Source: a virus
IMG/VR virus record: IMGVR_UViG_3300048599_000281
Reading direction: 5' to 3' (one strand)
Length of the DNA stretch: 64,000 bases
Numbering within the stretch: the first letter of the stretch is position 1; the number at the start of each line of letters is the position of its first letter. Position numbers and translations under genes: made by a program. Under the pieces are notes generated by a model. That model had not been told where the DNA came from, ran no database searches, and worked only from the letters and a program-made list of their open reading frames with translations. This document shows positions 19,093 through 28,240 of this stretch, in pieces.

Positions 19093-19956
19093 TTAGCCGA
19101 TGATGTTCTCGTCACCGACGATCGCCAGGATGCGGGTGTCCGAATCCGGATAGCCGGAGAATTCGACGTTGAAGATCCGCTCCTCGTCGAGCTTGTAGGC
19201 GAAGCTCAACTGGCCCGGAGTCATCGCCTTCGGGATCGTGAAGTCTTCCGACTTGTCGGCCGCCGGCAGGCTCTGCGGATGGAACACGAGCTTCTTGGCG
19301 AACGACAGAAGCGACAGGCCGACGCCGTTCTTCAGGTTCACCTTCTTGCGGGTGTCATCGACACCGCTCGCCATATCGACGATGGTGCAGTTGGCGCCGG
19401 TGACGAAGGTCTTGGTCATGGTCACTGCATTGCCCCACACACCGTTCTCGTCGGCGGTGATGGTCACAGCGGCACCCGAAGCCGAAGCCGTGATGCGCGA
19501 GATCAGCGGATCGGTCGACCCATTGAGCTTGTCGCGCAGCGCGGTCGCGGCGGCACTGATCGACGCCGGAATACCCATTTCGTTGGTATTCGGGGCCGGC
19601 GTGGTCTTGAAGGTGAAATCGATGCCGTTGACCGTGACCTTGTCGCCGTTCACGGGCGCCGCGGTCGAGAACGTGATCGTGCCGGTGGCCTTGGCGCCAC
19701 CCTCACCCACGAGCTGCGCGCCCGGCATGATGCGCACCAGGTTCTCCAGCGTGGTTTCCGCGAGCGGAACCTTGGCGCGGCAGGTGCGACCCATGATGAT
19801 TTCGTCGACCTCGGACTCGCCGAACTGATCGACCATGACTTTCTTGGTGGAGGTGACAACCTCGACCTCGACGCCGCCCTTGGTGTAACCCAGGTCGACG
19901 CCATCGAAGGTGACCGAGCACACGCCGAGCTTCACATTTCGCGTATTGGAAGGCAT
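19093..19956 (-). CDS. Major tail protein
   Basis: ATG 19956 preceded by GAGGAG (the track start at 19965 is a TTG inside the RBS). 287 aa. Lies between connector genes and the chaperone and is followed by a strong terminator. Confidence 0.78.
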   Translation of the reverse strand: MPSNTRNVKLGVCSVTFDGVDLGYTKGGVEVEVVTSTKKVMVDQFGESEVDEIIMGRTCRAKVPLAETTLENLVRIMPGAQLVGEGGAKATGTITFSTAAPVNGDKVTVNGIDFTFKTTPAPNTNEMGIPASISAAATALRDKLNGSTDPLISRITASASGAAVTITADENGVWGNAVTMTKTFVTGANCTIVDMASGVDDTRKKVNLKNGVGLSLLSFAKKLVFHPQSLPAADKSEDFTIPKAMTPGQLSFAYKLDEERIFNVEFSGYPDSDTRILAIVGDENIIG

Positions 19957-19963
19957 TCCGGTC

Positions 19964-19974
19964 AACTCCTCATG
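19964..19974 (-). promoter_or_regulatory. Conserved RBS block CATGAGGAGTT (shared with the capsid gene)
   Basis: The identical 11-mer is also at 25502-25512, in both cases just upstream of the start codon. Confidence 0.8.
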
Positions 19975-19985
19975 ATCTGCCAGAA

Positions 19986-20002
19986 ATCAGTCAATTCTGA
20001 CT
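19986..20002. repeat. AGTCA-N4-TGACT family palindrome, copy 5
   Basis: ATCAGTCAATTCTGACT. Confidence 0.9.
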
Positions 20003-20014
20003 ATATGATACCCG
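20003..20014 (-). promoter_or_regulatory. CGGGTATCATAT box (candidate -10 of an internal late promoter)
   Basis: The identical 12-mer is upstream of the capsid gene at 25556-25567. It contains TATCAT. Confidence 0.5.
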
Positions 20015-20047
20015 ACGAAACCACGAAGGAAAAGAACTAAAAGCGTC

Positions 20048-20575
20048 CTATGCCTCATTCTTGGATAGGGCACCGCTCGCAGCGACCCGCACGCGCCGGA
20101 CATTGGCGGGCTGGACGTTGTAATGAGGCCGGCGCGCCGCGTAGAGCCGGCTCTTGGCGATCCGGATGATGCAGGACTTGTCGCCCTGGTTGCCGCCGGC
20201 GACGTGATAGGCGGCATTGTCCTCGGCGATATACATGCCGACATGGCCACCGCCATTGCGCTTGAAGGTCAGAATGTCCCCCAGCATGGGAACGTCGGCT
20301 TTAACCCCAAAATTGGCCCAATTCAGCGCCCAGAGCGGGTTGACCGGCAGTTCCTTGCCGGCGCGCTTGGCGATGATCGCGGCTTCCAGGCCGCACCAGG
20401 GGATCGAGTCGGCGGTATAGACCTTCTCCAGCCCGAGCTCGGCGGCCCAGGACATGATCAGCGGGCTGTTACCAGGCCCCGGCACCTCGGCCGCGCCATA
20501 GATCTTGACGAATTCGAGGACCATCTTCGGGCCGGGTTCGTTGGCGAGCCAGGCGTATTGAGCGGGCAGGTTCAT
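20048..20575 (-). CDS. CHAP/NlpC-type cell-wall peptidase (TIGR02594-like)
   Basis: 175 aa with AAGGAGAAG RBS. Cys motif DSIPWCGLEAAI and His motif GGGHVGMYIAED. Confidence 0.78.
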   Translation of the reverse strand: MNLPAQYAWLANEPGPKMVLEFVKIYGAAEVPGPGNSPLIMSWAAELGLEKVYTADSIPWCGLEAAIIAKRAGKELPVNPLWALNWANFGVKADVPMLGDILTFKRNGGGHVGMYIAEDNAAYHVAGGNQGDKSCIIRIAKSRLYAARRPHYNVQPANVRRVRVAASGALSKNEA

Positions 20576-20598
20576 GGGGCTTCTCCTTGCCCCTATTG

Positions 20599-20616
20599 TA
20601 AGTCAGTTCTGACTGA
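20599..20616. repeat. AGTCA-N4-TGACT family palindrome, copy 6
   Basis: TAAGTCAGTTCTGACTGA. Confidence 0.9.
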
Positions 20617-20620
20617 TGTT

Positions 20621-21010
20621 CTACGGCAAATGCCAGGTCGTGGCGAAGTCGATCGACCACTCGATGCCGAGCCCGTCGGAGCGCTGGTAGATCACCGGCA
20701 GGTTTTTGGGCAGCATTTGCTGGATCAGGGTCTGATTGGACAGCCGGCGCCGGTAAAATGTCAGGGCTGCGGAGACGCCGGCGGCGAGCGCGTCGCCGGC
20801 GGCAAAGGTCTGGGCGCGAATGATCGCCTGGAGATCCGCGCGGTGATAGCCGGGAATGTTCCAGTCGATCGGCACGCCTTCCGGCGGCAGCCGCAGCAGA
20901 ACGCCGGTGCGGCAATCCGCCGGCATTTCATGAGTGAACAGGTTGTCAGCGGCGACCAGGCTGAGCCCCGCCGGCACCAGGATCTCGGTGGCGATCAGGT
21001 CGATATTCAC
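20621..21010 (-). CDS. Tail completion / tail terminator-like protein
   Basis: 129 aa, position between the neck proteins and the tail genes. Confidence 0.55.
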   Translation of the reverse strand: MNIDLIATEILVPAGLSLVAADNLFTHEMPADCRTGVLLRLPPEGVPIDWNIPGYHRADLQAIIRAQTFAAGDALAAGVSAALTFYRRRLSNQTLIQQMLPKNLPVIYQRSDGLGIEWSIDFATTWHLP

Positions 21011-21471
21011 TGGTTCTCTCCTACCGGCTCACCTTTGATGGTTCGCACTGTCACATTGATCATGGCTTCGCGCAGCGACTTGCGCTCGGCGTCGACCGCA
21101 CGCTTGATGAATTTCGACCCGACATAGATGCCGGGGTTTGCCGCGCGCTTGGCGATCGTGTTCTTGCCCGGTTTGAAGCTCTCGTAGTTCTCGTGGATGA
21201 TCGCGACATAGCGCGAGACATCGACGCCGCGGACGATGCCGCCGGCGACCACGCTGATCTGCAGGCGCCCCTTGGAGGAATAGGTCACCTCCTTGCGGAT
21301 CGAATCCTCCAGCTCGTGATCGTCGACCGGCGCGAACAGCTTCGCCATCTTGACGATCTTGTCGGATCGCCGATGCATCAGCTTGCGCGCGTTGTCTGGG
21401 ACCTTTTCGGCGGCATAGCGGAAGCGCGCTTCCAGCTCCTTCACCCCCGTGGCCCGCATCTTCATTTTCAT
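21007..21471 (-). CDS. Head-tail joining protein (HK97 gp10-like)
   Basis: 154 aa. AKLFAPVDDHELEDSI resembles the gp10-family motif. 4-nt overlaps on both sides. Confidence 0.65.
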   Translation of the reverse strand: MKMKMRATGVKELEARFRYAAEKVPDNARKLMHRRSDKIVKMAKLFAPVDDHELEDSIRKEVTYSSKGRLQISVVAGGIVRGVDVSRYVAIIHENYESFKPGKNTIAKRAANPGIYVGSKFIKRAVDAERKSLREAMINVTVRTIKGEPVGENQ

Positions 21472-21812
21472 GGCACGGAGATCCGGAAATCGGCCTCGTT
21501 GTGATCGTGCTCGCCCCGCACGTTATTGCGTGGCTCGATATTGATAGCTTCCAGCCTGAAACCCATGATCTCGAAACGGTCGCCCTGCTCGATCTCGACA
21601 TAGACCGGAAACAGGATCTTGGCGCTGACCACGATCTCCTCGGCATTGCCGCGGGAGGCCGAGGAATCGGTTCGCACCGAGGATTTCTGCACGGTCTTCT
21701 TCAGATGCACGACGCCGCACGGAACCTCGATCGGATCCGCCCAGACGGTCTCGCCATGGATATTGCGCGCGGTCTTGCGCAGCAGCATGCCTGTAGTGTT
21801 TGGGAGAAACAT
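21468..21812 (-). CDS. Head closure / head-tail adaptor-like protein
   Basis: 114 aa, called on position and size. Confidence 0.55.
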   Translation of the reverse strand: MFLPNTTGMLLRKTARNIHGETVWADPIEVPCGVVHLKKTVQKSSVRTDSSASRGNAEEIVVSAKILFPVYVEIEQGDRFEIMGFRLEAINIEPRNNVRGEHDHNEADFRISVP

Positions 21813-22570
21813 CAGGCCGCCTCCAGGAAGGCTTGCGAGTTCGGGTGAAAGAACTGGCCGCGGATCTCCGCGTAATTCAGGGTTTCGGCGCCCGGATGCA
21901 GAGAAACTACAGTGCCGTTATGTGAATGCTCCGGATCCGGATAGCGCACGATCGCCCGGTCAATGCCGTGTTCGGCGAGCGTCATCAGCACCGTTTCGTT
22001 GTAGGTGGCGAGCATGTTCTGGCGCCAGGTCTGGCGAATGAACCGGCGCGATGGCCATGCCCTGCCCGATCGGTCGTGAAAGAAGAAGTGCAGCTCGCTG
22101 GCATTGCCGGCGCGGTAGCGCATCAGGGCTGCTTCCTGCGGCACACTATGCGCGCGGGCGATCAGCGACACGTTGAGCTGGGTCCGCAGCAGGCTCTGTC
22201 GCAGGAAAGCAATGTCGCGCTCGATCTGAATTGAAATCTCACGCGCGAGATAGTCGGCCGTCGCGTTTAGATGCTCGCTGAGCGCTTCCGAAAGCACGTC
22301 GCTTGTCGCTGCGCTGATTTTCTCAAGCGTCGAGTTTTGCGCGAGGTCGGAGAATTGCAGCGCCTCGCTGTCGATCTGGATCTTCTCGCCGTCAATGAAA
22401 GCCGACGCCGTCTCGTAGGCCTGCTGCGTCACCACATTGAGAAGCTGGGGTGAACCGAAATTGCGGTCATCGAGCGCGCGCGCAAAGCCGAAACGAAAGC
22501 TGTCGATCAGCATTCCGTAACGCTGCGCCGCGGCGTCGGCAGAATAGTTGAGCAGCTCGGCGAGGGTCAT
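21812..22570 (-). CDS. Hypothetical virion-module protein
   Basis: 252-aa ORF, translationally coupled on both sides. Confidence 0.65.
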   Translation of the reverse strand: MTLAELLNYSADAAAQRYGMLIDSFRFGFARALDDRNFGSPQLLNVVTQQAYETASAFIDGEKIQIDSEALQFSDLAQNSTLEKISAATSDVLSEALSEHLNATADYLAREISIQIERDIAFLRQSLLRTQLNVSLIARAHSVPQEAALMRYRAGNASELHFFFHDRSGRAWPSRRFIRQTWRQNMLATYNETVLMTLAEHGIDRAIVRYPDPEHSHNGTVVSLHPGAETLNYAEIRGQFFHPNSQAFLEAA

Positions 22571-23361
22571 GCACGCCCGATCCTTGCCGAATAGAGATCG
22601 AGAAAGCCGCCCAGGTGCCGCAGGGTGTCGCGCGACACCACGGTGTCGAGCGCGCGAACGCCCGGCTTGAACATCATCGAGCTTTCGCCGACGGTTTCCG
22701 ACATCAGGCCGGCGCGCGCGCGATCGGCGATCGGGTCGCCGGTCAGGATGGCATTGGCTTCCTGAACTTGCGCGCGGCGGATCGCGGCGATGAAGCGCGC
22801 CGGATAGGCCATGAATTCCTCGACGGTCATATCGACCCAGGTCGCCGAAACGATGCGCGCCGGATCCTCGATGATCACCCGCGACATCGGGTCGTCGGCG
22901 TCATTGGAGGCGATCACATAAGAGAGCCGCTTCAGCCGCTCGAAGGCCTCGATCAGCGCATTCTGGCGCTTTTCGTCGGTGGCGCCGGCAAAGCCCAGCG
23001 CCGCCGGGAGCTCGCTCATGGTGACGAGCGCCTGGGCATAGGTCTGAAACGAGTTCTCCAGCACCGCGAGGCGGCGCGCGCCGCGCACCGCATAGACCTG
23101 CTCGGCTACAAAGGTTCCGGCGGCGGTCGTAATGGTCAGCTCAACCGAGCGTGCGCCGGCTGTCTGGTTGGCGTCGGCCGGCACCGTGAAGGTCGCAGGC
23201 TGACCGGCAGTGGGCAAGGATACCGTGGTGGCAGCCAGCAGCTCCTCGCCCTCCCCGTCAAGCACGCGATAGGCAAGCCCCGTCGGCGTAACAGCCGCAC
23301 CGTTCAGATCCTTCATGTCGAATGAAAGCGGCACCGCGGCGCCGACGGGGTAGAACTTCAT
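22567..23361 (-). CDS. Head-tail connector-like protein with N-terminal beta-rich domain
   Basis: 264 aa, called on position. The C-terminal half is helical, like gp6-type connectors. This is inference. Confidence 0.55.
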   Translation of the reverse strand: MKFYPVGAAVPLSFDMKDLNGAAVTPTGLAYRVLDGEGEELLAATTVSLPTAGQPATFTVPADANQTAGARSVELTITTAAGTFVAEQVYAVRGARRLAVLENSFQTYAQALVTMSELPAALGFAGATDEKRQNALIEAFERLKRLSYVIASNDADDPMSRVIIEDPARIVSATWVDMTVEEFMAYPARFIAAIRRAQVQEANAILTGDPIADRARAGLMSETVGESSMMFKPGVRALDTVVSRDTLRHLGGFLDLYSARIGRA

Positions 23362-23364
23362 CGG

Positions 23365-24261
23365 TTACTCCACTTTCAGCTCGGGCGTCGGGACAAGCTC
23401 CAGCTTCTCCAGCTCCGGAGCTGGCGCGAGGCCGGCGGCCGCCGCTGGCGGCGGCGGCGTCTCGGCGCCGGTCTCGACCGGCGGCGCGGCGTCGTCCGGC
23501 CGGTTTGAAACGACCTCATCGTCCTTTTCGGTCTCCGCGGTCGCTTCCGGATCCGGTTCGGGCTTGTCGATGGACAGGGCGTTCTTACCGTCCTCGCCGA
23601 TCGCGTTGGAAAGACCTTCGGCTGCGGCCTTTTCCGCTGCGGCTTTCTCAGCCGCAGCCTTCTCGACTTTCTCGGCCGCTTCCTTTTCCAGGTTGCGAGC
23701 TTCGCGGTCGATCTGTTCGTCACGCAGGCGCTGGATTTCCAGGCTCTGCTCCAGGGCGACCTCCCGATCGCGCCGCTGCTCGGCGAGCTTCTCCTCGTAG
23801 CGCGCCTTCCAGACTTCCTGCGCCTTGAGGATCTCCCGGATCATGTTGGTGATCTTGCGATCATGCACGTTCCAGTGCTCGGCAACCGTGCGCAGCCCCT
23901 TGATGCCGCCGGCGGTGGCCACGCCTTCGAGCTCCTCCTTGGTCATGATCCGATAGGGCGGCTTGTCGCTCTGCAGCGCCGCAAGCTTCAGCTCGTTCGC
24001 CTTTTCCTTCTCGGTCTGGCGCTGCAAGCCGGCCGAAACCGGCACCTGGACCGAGGCAAGTGCGACGCCGCGCGCCGCGTTGCCGGCCTGCTCGATCGGC
24101 TTGCCGTCTTCGTCGACCAGCTCGCACAGCACCATGGCCGAGATCCGGTTGATCTGGGCGCGCGTCACCGGCTCAACCGAAATCGAGTTCTCGAAAAGCA
24201 CACCGCCGAAATCGGCGTTATAGTTCTCCCAGCCGGAAGCGATGATCTTGATCTTGTTCAC
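23365..24261 (-). CDS. Hypothetical protein with coiled-coil and low-complexity tail
   Basis: 298 aa. AAEKAAAEKAAAE repeats and a Pro/Ala-rich C-terminus. Confidence 0.7.
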   Translation of the reverse strand: MNKIKIIASGWENYNADFGGVLFENSISVEPVTRAQINRISAMVLCELVDEDGKPIEQAGNAARGVALASVQVPVSAGLQRQTEKEKANELKLAALQSDKPPYRIMTKEELEGVATAGGIKGLRTVAEHWNVHDRKITNMIREILKAQEVWKARYEEKLAEQRRDREVALEQSLEIQRLRDEQIDREARNLEKEAAEKVEKAAAEKAAAEKAAAEGLSNAIGEDGKNALSIDKPEPDPEATAETEKDDEVVSNRPDDAAPPVETGAETPPPPAAAAGLAPAPELEKLELVPTPELKVE

Positions 24262-24519
24262 TCAGGAACCTCCAATCACGGATTGAATAACTCCCTCGGC
24301 GTCGGCTTTGACGAGATCGTAGTGACCGCCAATGTCGCGATTGCCGAGAAAGATCGCCGGACTTTCCGCGTCCGGCTTGCGCTGATTCAGGCGCGCCACG
24401 TTCTGCGGCACCCTGAGATCGAAATAGATGTACGGGTAGTTCCGCTTCTCGCAGAAGCACCGCGCTGCCGCGGTGAACCGGCAATGGTCATGCCCGAAAA
24501 TCTCGATCCGAGGTGCCAT
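24262..24519 (-). CDS. Glutaredoxin/NrdH-like small redox-fold protein, non-canonical active site
   Basis: 85 aa. IEIFGHDHCRFTAAARCFC start and later FLGNRDIGGHYDL. CRFT stands in place of CxxC. Confidence 0.65.
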   Translation of the reverse strand: MAPRIEIFGHDHCRFTAAARCFCEKRNYPYIYFDLRVPQNVARLNQRKPDAESPAIFLGNRDIGGHYDLVKADAEGVIQSVIGGS

Positions 24520-24530
24520 CGCGAGCTCGC

Positions 24531-24562
24531 CTAAAGCAAAGGGCGGGGAATGCCCCGCCCTT
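24531..24562 (-). terminator. Rho-independent terminator after the major capsid gene
   Basis: Minus-strand AAGGGCGGGGCATTCCCCGCCCTT followed by TGCTTT. Confidence 0.8.
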
Positions 24563-24567
24563 CACAG

Positions 24568-24585
24568 TAAGTCAGTTCTGACTGA
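24568..24585. repeat. AGTCA-N4-TGACT family palindrome, copy 7
   Basis: TAAGTCAGTTCTGACTGA between the capsid stop and the terminator. Confidence 0.9.
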
Positions 24586-24594
24586 CGATCAAGG

Positions 24595-25497
24595 TTAAAT
24601 GTTGGTGACGCCCTTCAGGCGGGAGACCGAATGGGTCGCCTTCAGCGCCGTGCCGACGTACCACTTCACACGCCAGCGGACCGCGTCCTTGTTCTGGATC
24701 GTGCCGATCTCCTCGACCTTCAGGCCGGCAGCCTCGCCGCCGACGATGCCGTGGAAGCCGTCGGTTTCGTTGAGGCGGAGCGCGTAGATCGACGTGGTCG
24801 CCGAGTTGGAACCCATGACTTCGTCGTTGGTGATGAAGTCATTGATGATGACCGGCACGCCGTCGATCGAGGGGACCGGGCGGCCAAAATTCTCGATCAT
24901 CATCGAGACCGCATCGTTGCCGCCGGCGGCGCGCAGGATCTGCTTGATCGAGCGCCAGGTGCCGGTCCGCATCATGTAGCAGTCCGCGCCGAGCTTCACG
25001 CTGTCCTTCAGCTCGTCGATCATGTCGAGCGTGATGGCCGCGCCGTTGGCGCCTGCGATCAGGGTCTGGCCCGCAGGGACCAGCTTCTTGATGCCGTCGA
25101 ATTCCTTGGCGTTGTCCGCGGAATTGCCGTTCACCAGGGTCCGGCGGAACTTGCGACCCATTGCCTTCGCCTTCTGGGCGAGCTGAATCGCGAGCTGCGG
25201 ATTGGCGTCGGACATGGTCGACAGGATGAACTTGTCCATATCGACATCGCCCGCCATGATGCGCAGCTTGGTCTCGACCTCGCTGAAGGTCGCGGCGCCC
25301 TCGGGCACCGGGTCGTATGGATCCAGGAACTCACCTTCGGAGAGGGTGTTTTCCCGGTTATAGGAATAGGACTTGCCGTTCACGGTCTTGAACGGAAAGA
25401 GCGCGAAAAGCTCATCGCGGTCGATGACCTCCTCGATCACCCCACGTTCCATCAGGTTTTCCGAGAGCTTCTCGGCTTCGGCTTTCAGCAGGGCCAT
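24595..25497 (-). CDS. Major capsid protein
   Basis: ATG 25497 preceded by GAGGAG. 300 aa. Follows the scaffold gene and is followed by a strong terminator. Confidence 0.88.
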   Translation of the reverse strand: MALLKAEAEKLSENLMERGVIEEVIDRDELFALFPFKTVNGKSYSYNRENTLSEGEFLDPYDPVPEGAATFSEVETKLRIMAGDVDMDKFILSTMSDANPQLAIQLAQKAKAMGRKFRRTLVNGNSADNAKEFDGIKKLVPAGQTLIAGANGAAITLDMIDELKDSVKLGADCYMMRTGTWRSIKQILRAAGGNDAVSMMIENFGRPVPSIDGVPVIINDFITNDEVMGSNSATTSIYALRLNETDGFHGIVGGEAAGLKVEEIGTIQNKDAVRWRVKWYVGTALKATHSVSRLKGVTNI

Positions 25498-25501
25498 TAT
25501 A

Positions 25502-25512
25502 AACTCCTCATG
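25502..25512 (-). promoter_or_regulatory. Conserved RBS block CATGAGGAGTT
   Basis: Same 11-mer as at 19964-19974. Confidence 0.8.
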
Positions 25513-25533
25513 GCAACGCCAGGTCAATTTCGG

Positions 25534-25551
25534 TAAGTCAGTTCTGACTTA
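25534..25551. repeat. AGTCA-N4-TGACT family palindrome, copy 8
   Basis: TAAGTCAGTTCTGACTTA (8-bp arms). Confidence 0.9.
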
Positions 25552-25555
25552 TCCA

Positions 25556-25567
25556 ATATGATACCCG
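25556..25567 (-). promoter_or_regulatory. CGGGTATCATAT box (candidate -10 of an internal late promoter)
   Basis: Same 12-mer as at 20003-20014. TTGTCC lies 18 nt upstream of TATCAT. Confidence 0.5.
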
Positions 25568-25590
25568 GCGTTGCGCATTGAGGACAAGAG

Positions 25591-25617
25591 AAAAAATCAG
25601 TAAGGACTGATTTTTTT
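25591..25617 (-). terminator. AT-flanked hairpin after the scaffold gene (weak or bidirectional terminator; variant palindrome)
   Basis: AAAAAATCAGTAAGGACTGATTTTTTT. Confidence 0.55.
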
Positions 25618-25622
25618 ACCCT

Positions 25623-26564
25623 TTAGGCTGGTTTGCGCGATGCAAGCGCGGCCTCGATGCGGCTGCGGCCGCCGCCGGCGGGGACCTCGGTCATGCGATG
25701 ACCTTCGGTCTCGCCCTTTTTGGTCGTGACGCCGGTGCCCGGTTTCATCGTCGAGCGGATCAGCTTGTCCTTGTCGGAGCGCGCGTCGACCAGGCGCTTC
25801 ATCACGTCTTCAAAGCCGAGCGCGTTGCCGCGGCTGTCGACGAGCTTGGTGCGCCCTTCCTGACCCTTCGGCTTGTCATAGCCGATGACGCGACCGCCCT
25901 CGACCTCGAAGTAATTGCCGAAGGTGGCGCGCGCGATATCGCCGGTCAGCACCGTCTGTTCGGCGATGAACTGCGAATTGGCGAAAGCCGAGCCGACGGT
26001 GAGATCGTCGATGGTCTTGAGCGCGACATCGAGCTGGGTCTGAATCTTGGTGCCCTTCTCGCGCTCGGCGGCGAGCTCCTTGTCGTGCTCCTCGCCCATC
26101 ATCTTCTTGACGCGGTCGAAGTCGCCGGCCTTTTCGAGCGCCGCCTTCTCGGCTTCGCGCTTGGCCTTTTCGGCTTCCTCGGCAGCCTTCGCCAGCTCGG
26201 CGAACTTGGCCGGATCCACGCCGTCAAAAGCCTTGAGCTTGGCATTGGCTTCTTCGAGGGCCTTCTCGGTCTCGCCGAGCTTGGTCTTCTTGGCCATGAT
26301 CTCTTTCAGGAACTCGGCTTCCTTGTCGGAGAGCTTGCGGCCGAATTCCTTCTCGGCGTCTTTCAGCGCCGCCTCGACCGCGGCCTTGCGATCGGCCTCG
26401 ACCTTGTCGGCCGCTTCCTTCGCGGCCTTCTCGGCAGCCGCCTTGTCAGCCGTTTCCTTGGCTTCGCGGGCCGCTTTCTGTTCTGCTGTCTCCCCGCTGC
26501 CGCCTTCCTTGTTGGCGTCAAAGCAGATTTGCGGGCCGAATGGCATTCCGTAACGATACTTCAT
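25623..26564 (-). CDS. Scaffolding protein
   Basis: 313 aa, Ala/Glu/Lys-rich coiled-coil, between the portal and capsid genes. Confidence 0.78.
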   Translation of the reverse strand: MKYRYGMPFGPQICFDANKEGGSGETAEQKAAREAKETADKAAAEKAAKEAADKVEADRKAAVEAALKDAEKEFGRKLSDKEAEFLKEIMAKKTKLGETEKALEEANAKLKAFDGVDPAKFAELAKAAEEAEKAKREAEKAALEKAGDFDRVKKMMGEEHDKELAAEREKGTKIQTQLDVALKTIDDLTVGSAFANSQFIAEQTVLTGDIARATFGNYFEVEGGRVIGYDKPKGQEGRTKLVDSRGNALGFEDVMKRLVDARSDKDKLIRSTMKPGTGVTTKKGETEGHRMTEVPAGGGRSRIEAALASRKPA

Positions 26565-26632
26565 CTGGATCAGTCTCTCGTTCCAGTGTGGTAGAGGCCA
26601 GTCTCTCGGCCCCGGTCAGATCGAGCTTTCGC

Positions 26633-28213
26633 TCATTTTCCCGTGTCGGCGGTCACCTGTCCCTGACGCTTCTGCGCCGGGGCCTTTGACGTGGACGGGG
26701 AAACCGGTGGGACTGGCCGCTCGCCGACAGGCAGATTCACCTTCGGGGGCCAGCTTGCGATATCGCTTTCCATCTTGGCGCGGAGCTCCTCGCTCATGCG
26801 CGGAAACATCTTGTCGAGCATCTGGCGCATCTGTTCGCGGCGCGCCTCGTGCGGGGCGTCGACCAGCGCCAGCTTCTCAGCCATGGCGAGTTCGTCGGCG
26901 AGCCCGAGCACGTCGAAGGTGTCCGGGTATTTGACGAGCTCCTTGTCGAGCTCCACCGAATTCCACAGCATCACCAGCCGGTTCAGCTTGTTCTCGGCAT
27001 TCTCCAGGCTCGAAGCCTTGGAGGTCAGCAGCGAGTTCATGCGCTCGAAATCGTAGGCCTTGGCCACACCGGACGAATTGTCGATGCCGACGGCATTGTC
27101 CTGCTTGGTGCGCTCGCCACCCATGCCGATCGAGTGGTAGATTTCGTTGATGATCTTGTTGATCACCACGACGATCACCTGGGCCTGTTTGGGATCCGGC
27201 GACAGATATTCCGGCGCCACGCCGCCCTCGCCGTCGAACAGGAAGACGCGCTTGGTGCCCATTTCGAGCACCTTCTTGTAATCGTCCTCGCCCGGCAGCA
27301 TGCCCTGCGCCGGCATGGCGAGCTGCGAGAAAGTCTGATCCTGAATGATGGCGTCGAGGTTCGACAGGTAATTGGCGATCGCGCGATCGAGATAGGCGAT
27401 GTCGGCGATCAGCGCCGGCGCCGCATAGAGATTCTCACTGACCACGTTCGGCAGCGGGAAACCCGGAATCTCATTGATCGGATTTGGAGCCCGGCCGATC
27501 TCTTTGACCCGCTCGTCATTGCCCTTCTTCTCGATTTCGAACAGGCGCCACTCATCCTTGGTCCAGAGCCGGTAGAGATATTTCACCGTGCCGCTGGCCG
27601 TGATCGGATTCTCGTCGTCGCGCCAGGTTTCGCGCGTCAGCACCCAATTGACGCCGCCGCGCTCATCAAAACCGACATCGAGAATGTCCTGGGGCGGCAC
27701 GATATAGGCGTAGACCTGAGCGCGAGTTTTCTTCTCGTCAGCCTTGGAGATCGCGGTATCGTTCTTGGTGGTATCGGTGAAGACCCAGGGCATCCCCAGG
27801 ATCGAGGCCTTGGTCGAGGCCAGCCGCATGAACTGGTCGATATCGAGCCCGGACAGGGTCGCATTCTTCCAGAAGGTCTTGAGCTGCTCGGGAGCCTCCT
27901 CCTCGACGCGCTTCACCTTCGCCTTGAAGATGTATTTCTGGACGAGATCCACCACCTCGCGGGTGTGGTTGAAGCGATAGGCGCGCGCCAGGCGGTCCTT
28001 GAATTCCTTGTCGCCTTCCTTGAGGTATTGGAAGATATTGCCGGCGTCCTTGGAGAACCATTCTCGGCCGCCGTTATAGGTCGCCTCCAGGAACTCCCAG
28101 TGATCGATCAGCTCGGCATATTGCGGGTGCCGGCGCTTCAGAAAGCGCAGCATGACCTTTTGGTCTTCCGCCGCGGCGGCCTTGGAAGCGCTGGTTTTGG
28201 GGGTCTTGGCCAC
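26633..28213 (-). CDS. Portal protein
   Basis: 526 aa between terL and the scaffold gene. GTG start. Confidence 0.82.
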   Translation of the reverse strand: MAKTPKTSASKAAAAEDQKVMLRFLKRRHPQYAELIDHWEFLEATYNGGREWFSKDAGNIFQYLKEGDKEFKDRLARAYRFNHTREVVDLVQKYIFKAKVKRVEEEAPEQLKTFWKNATLSGLDIDQFMRLASTKASILGMPWVFTDTTKNDTAISKADEKKTRAQVYAYIVPPQDILDVGFDERGGVNWVLTRETWRDDENPITASGTVKYLYRLWTKDEWRLFEIEKKGNDERVKEIGRAPNPINEIPGFPLPNVVSENLYAAPALIADIAYLDRAIANYLSNLDAIIQDQTFSQLAMPAQGMLPGEDDYKKVLEMGTKRVFLFDGEGGVAPEYLSPDPKQAQVIVVVINKIINEIYHSIGMGGERTKQDNAVGIDNSSGVAKAYDFERMNSLLTSKASSLENAENKLNRLVMLWNSVELDKELVKYPDTFDVLGLADELAMAEKLALVDAPHEARREQMRQMLDKMFPRMSEELRAKMESDIASWPPKVNLPVGERPVPPVSPSTSKAPAQKRQGQVTADTGK

Positions 28214-28240
28214 AATCGGGTTCCAGAGTTTCAGTTATAG

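Noticed and set aside
23560-23700. Nucleotide repeats encoding AAEKAAAEKAAAE
   Set aside because: This is in-frame low-complexity coding sequence of 23365..24261, ordinary for coiled-coil or linker regions, not an independent repeat element.
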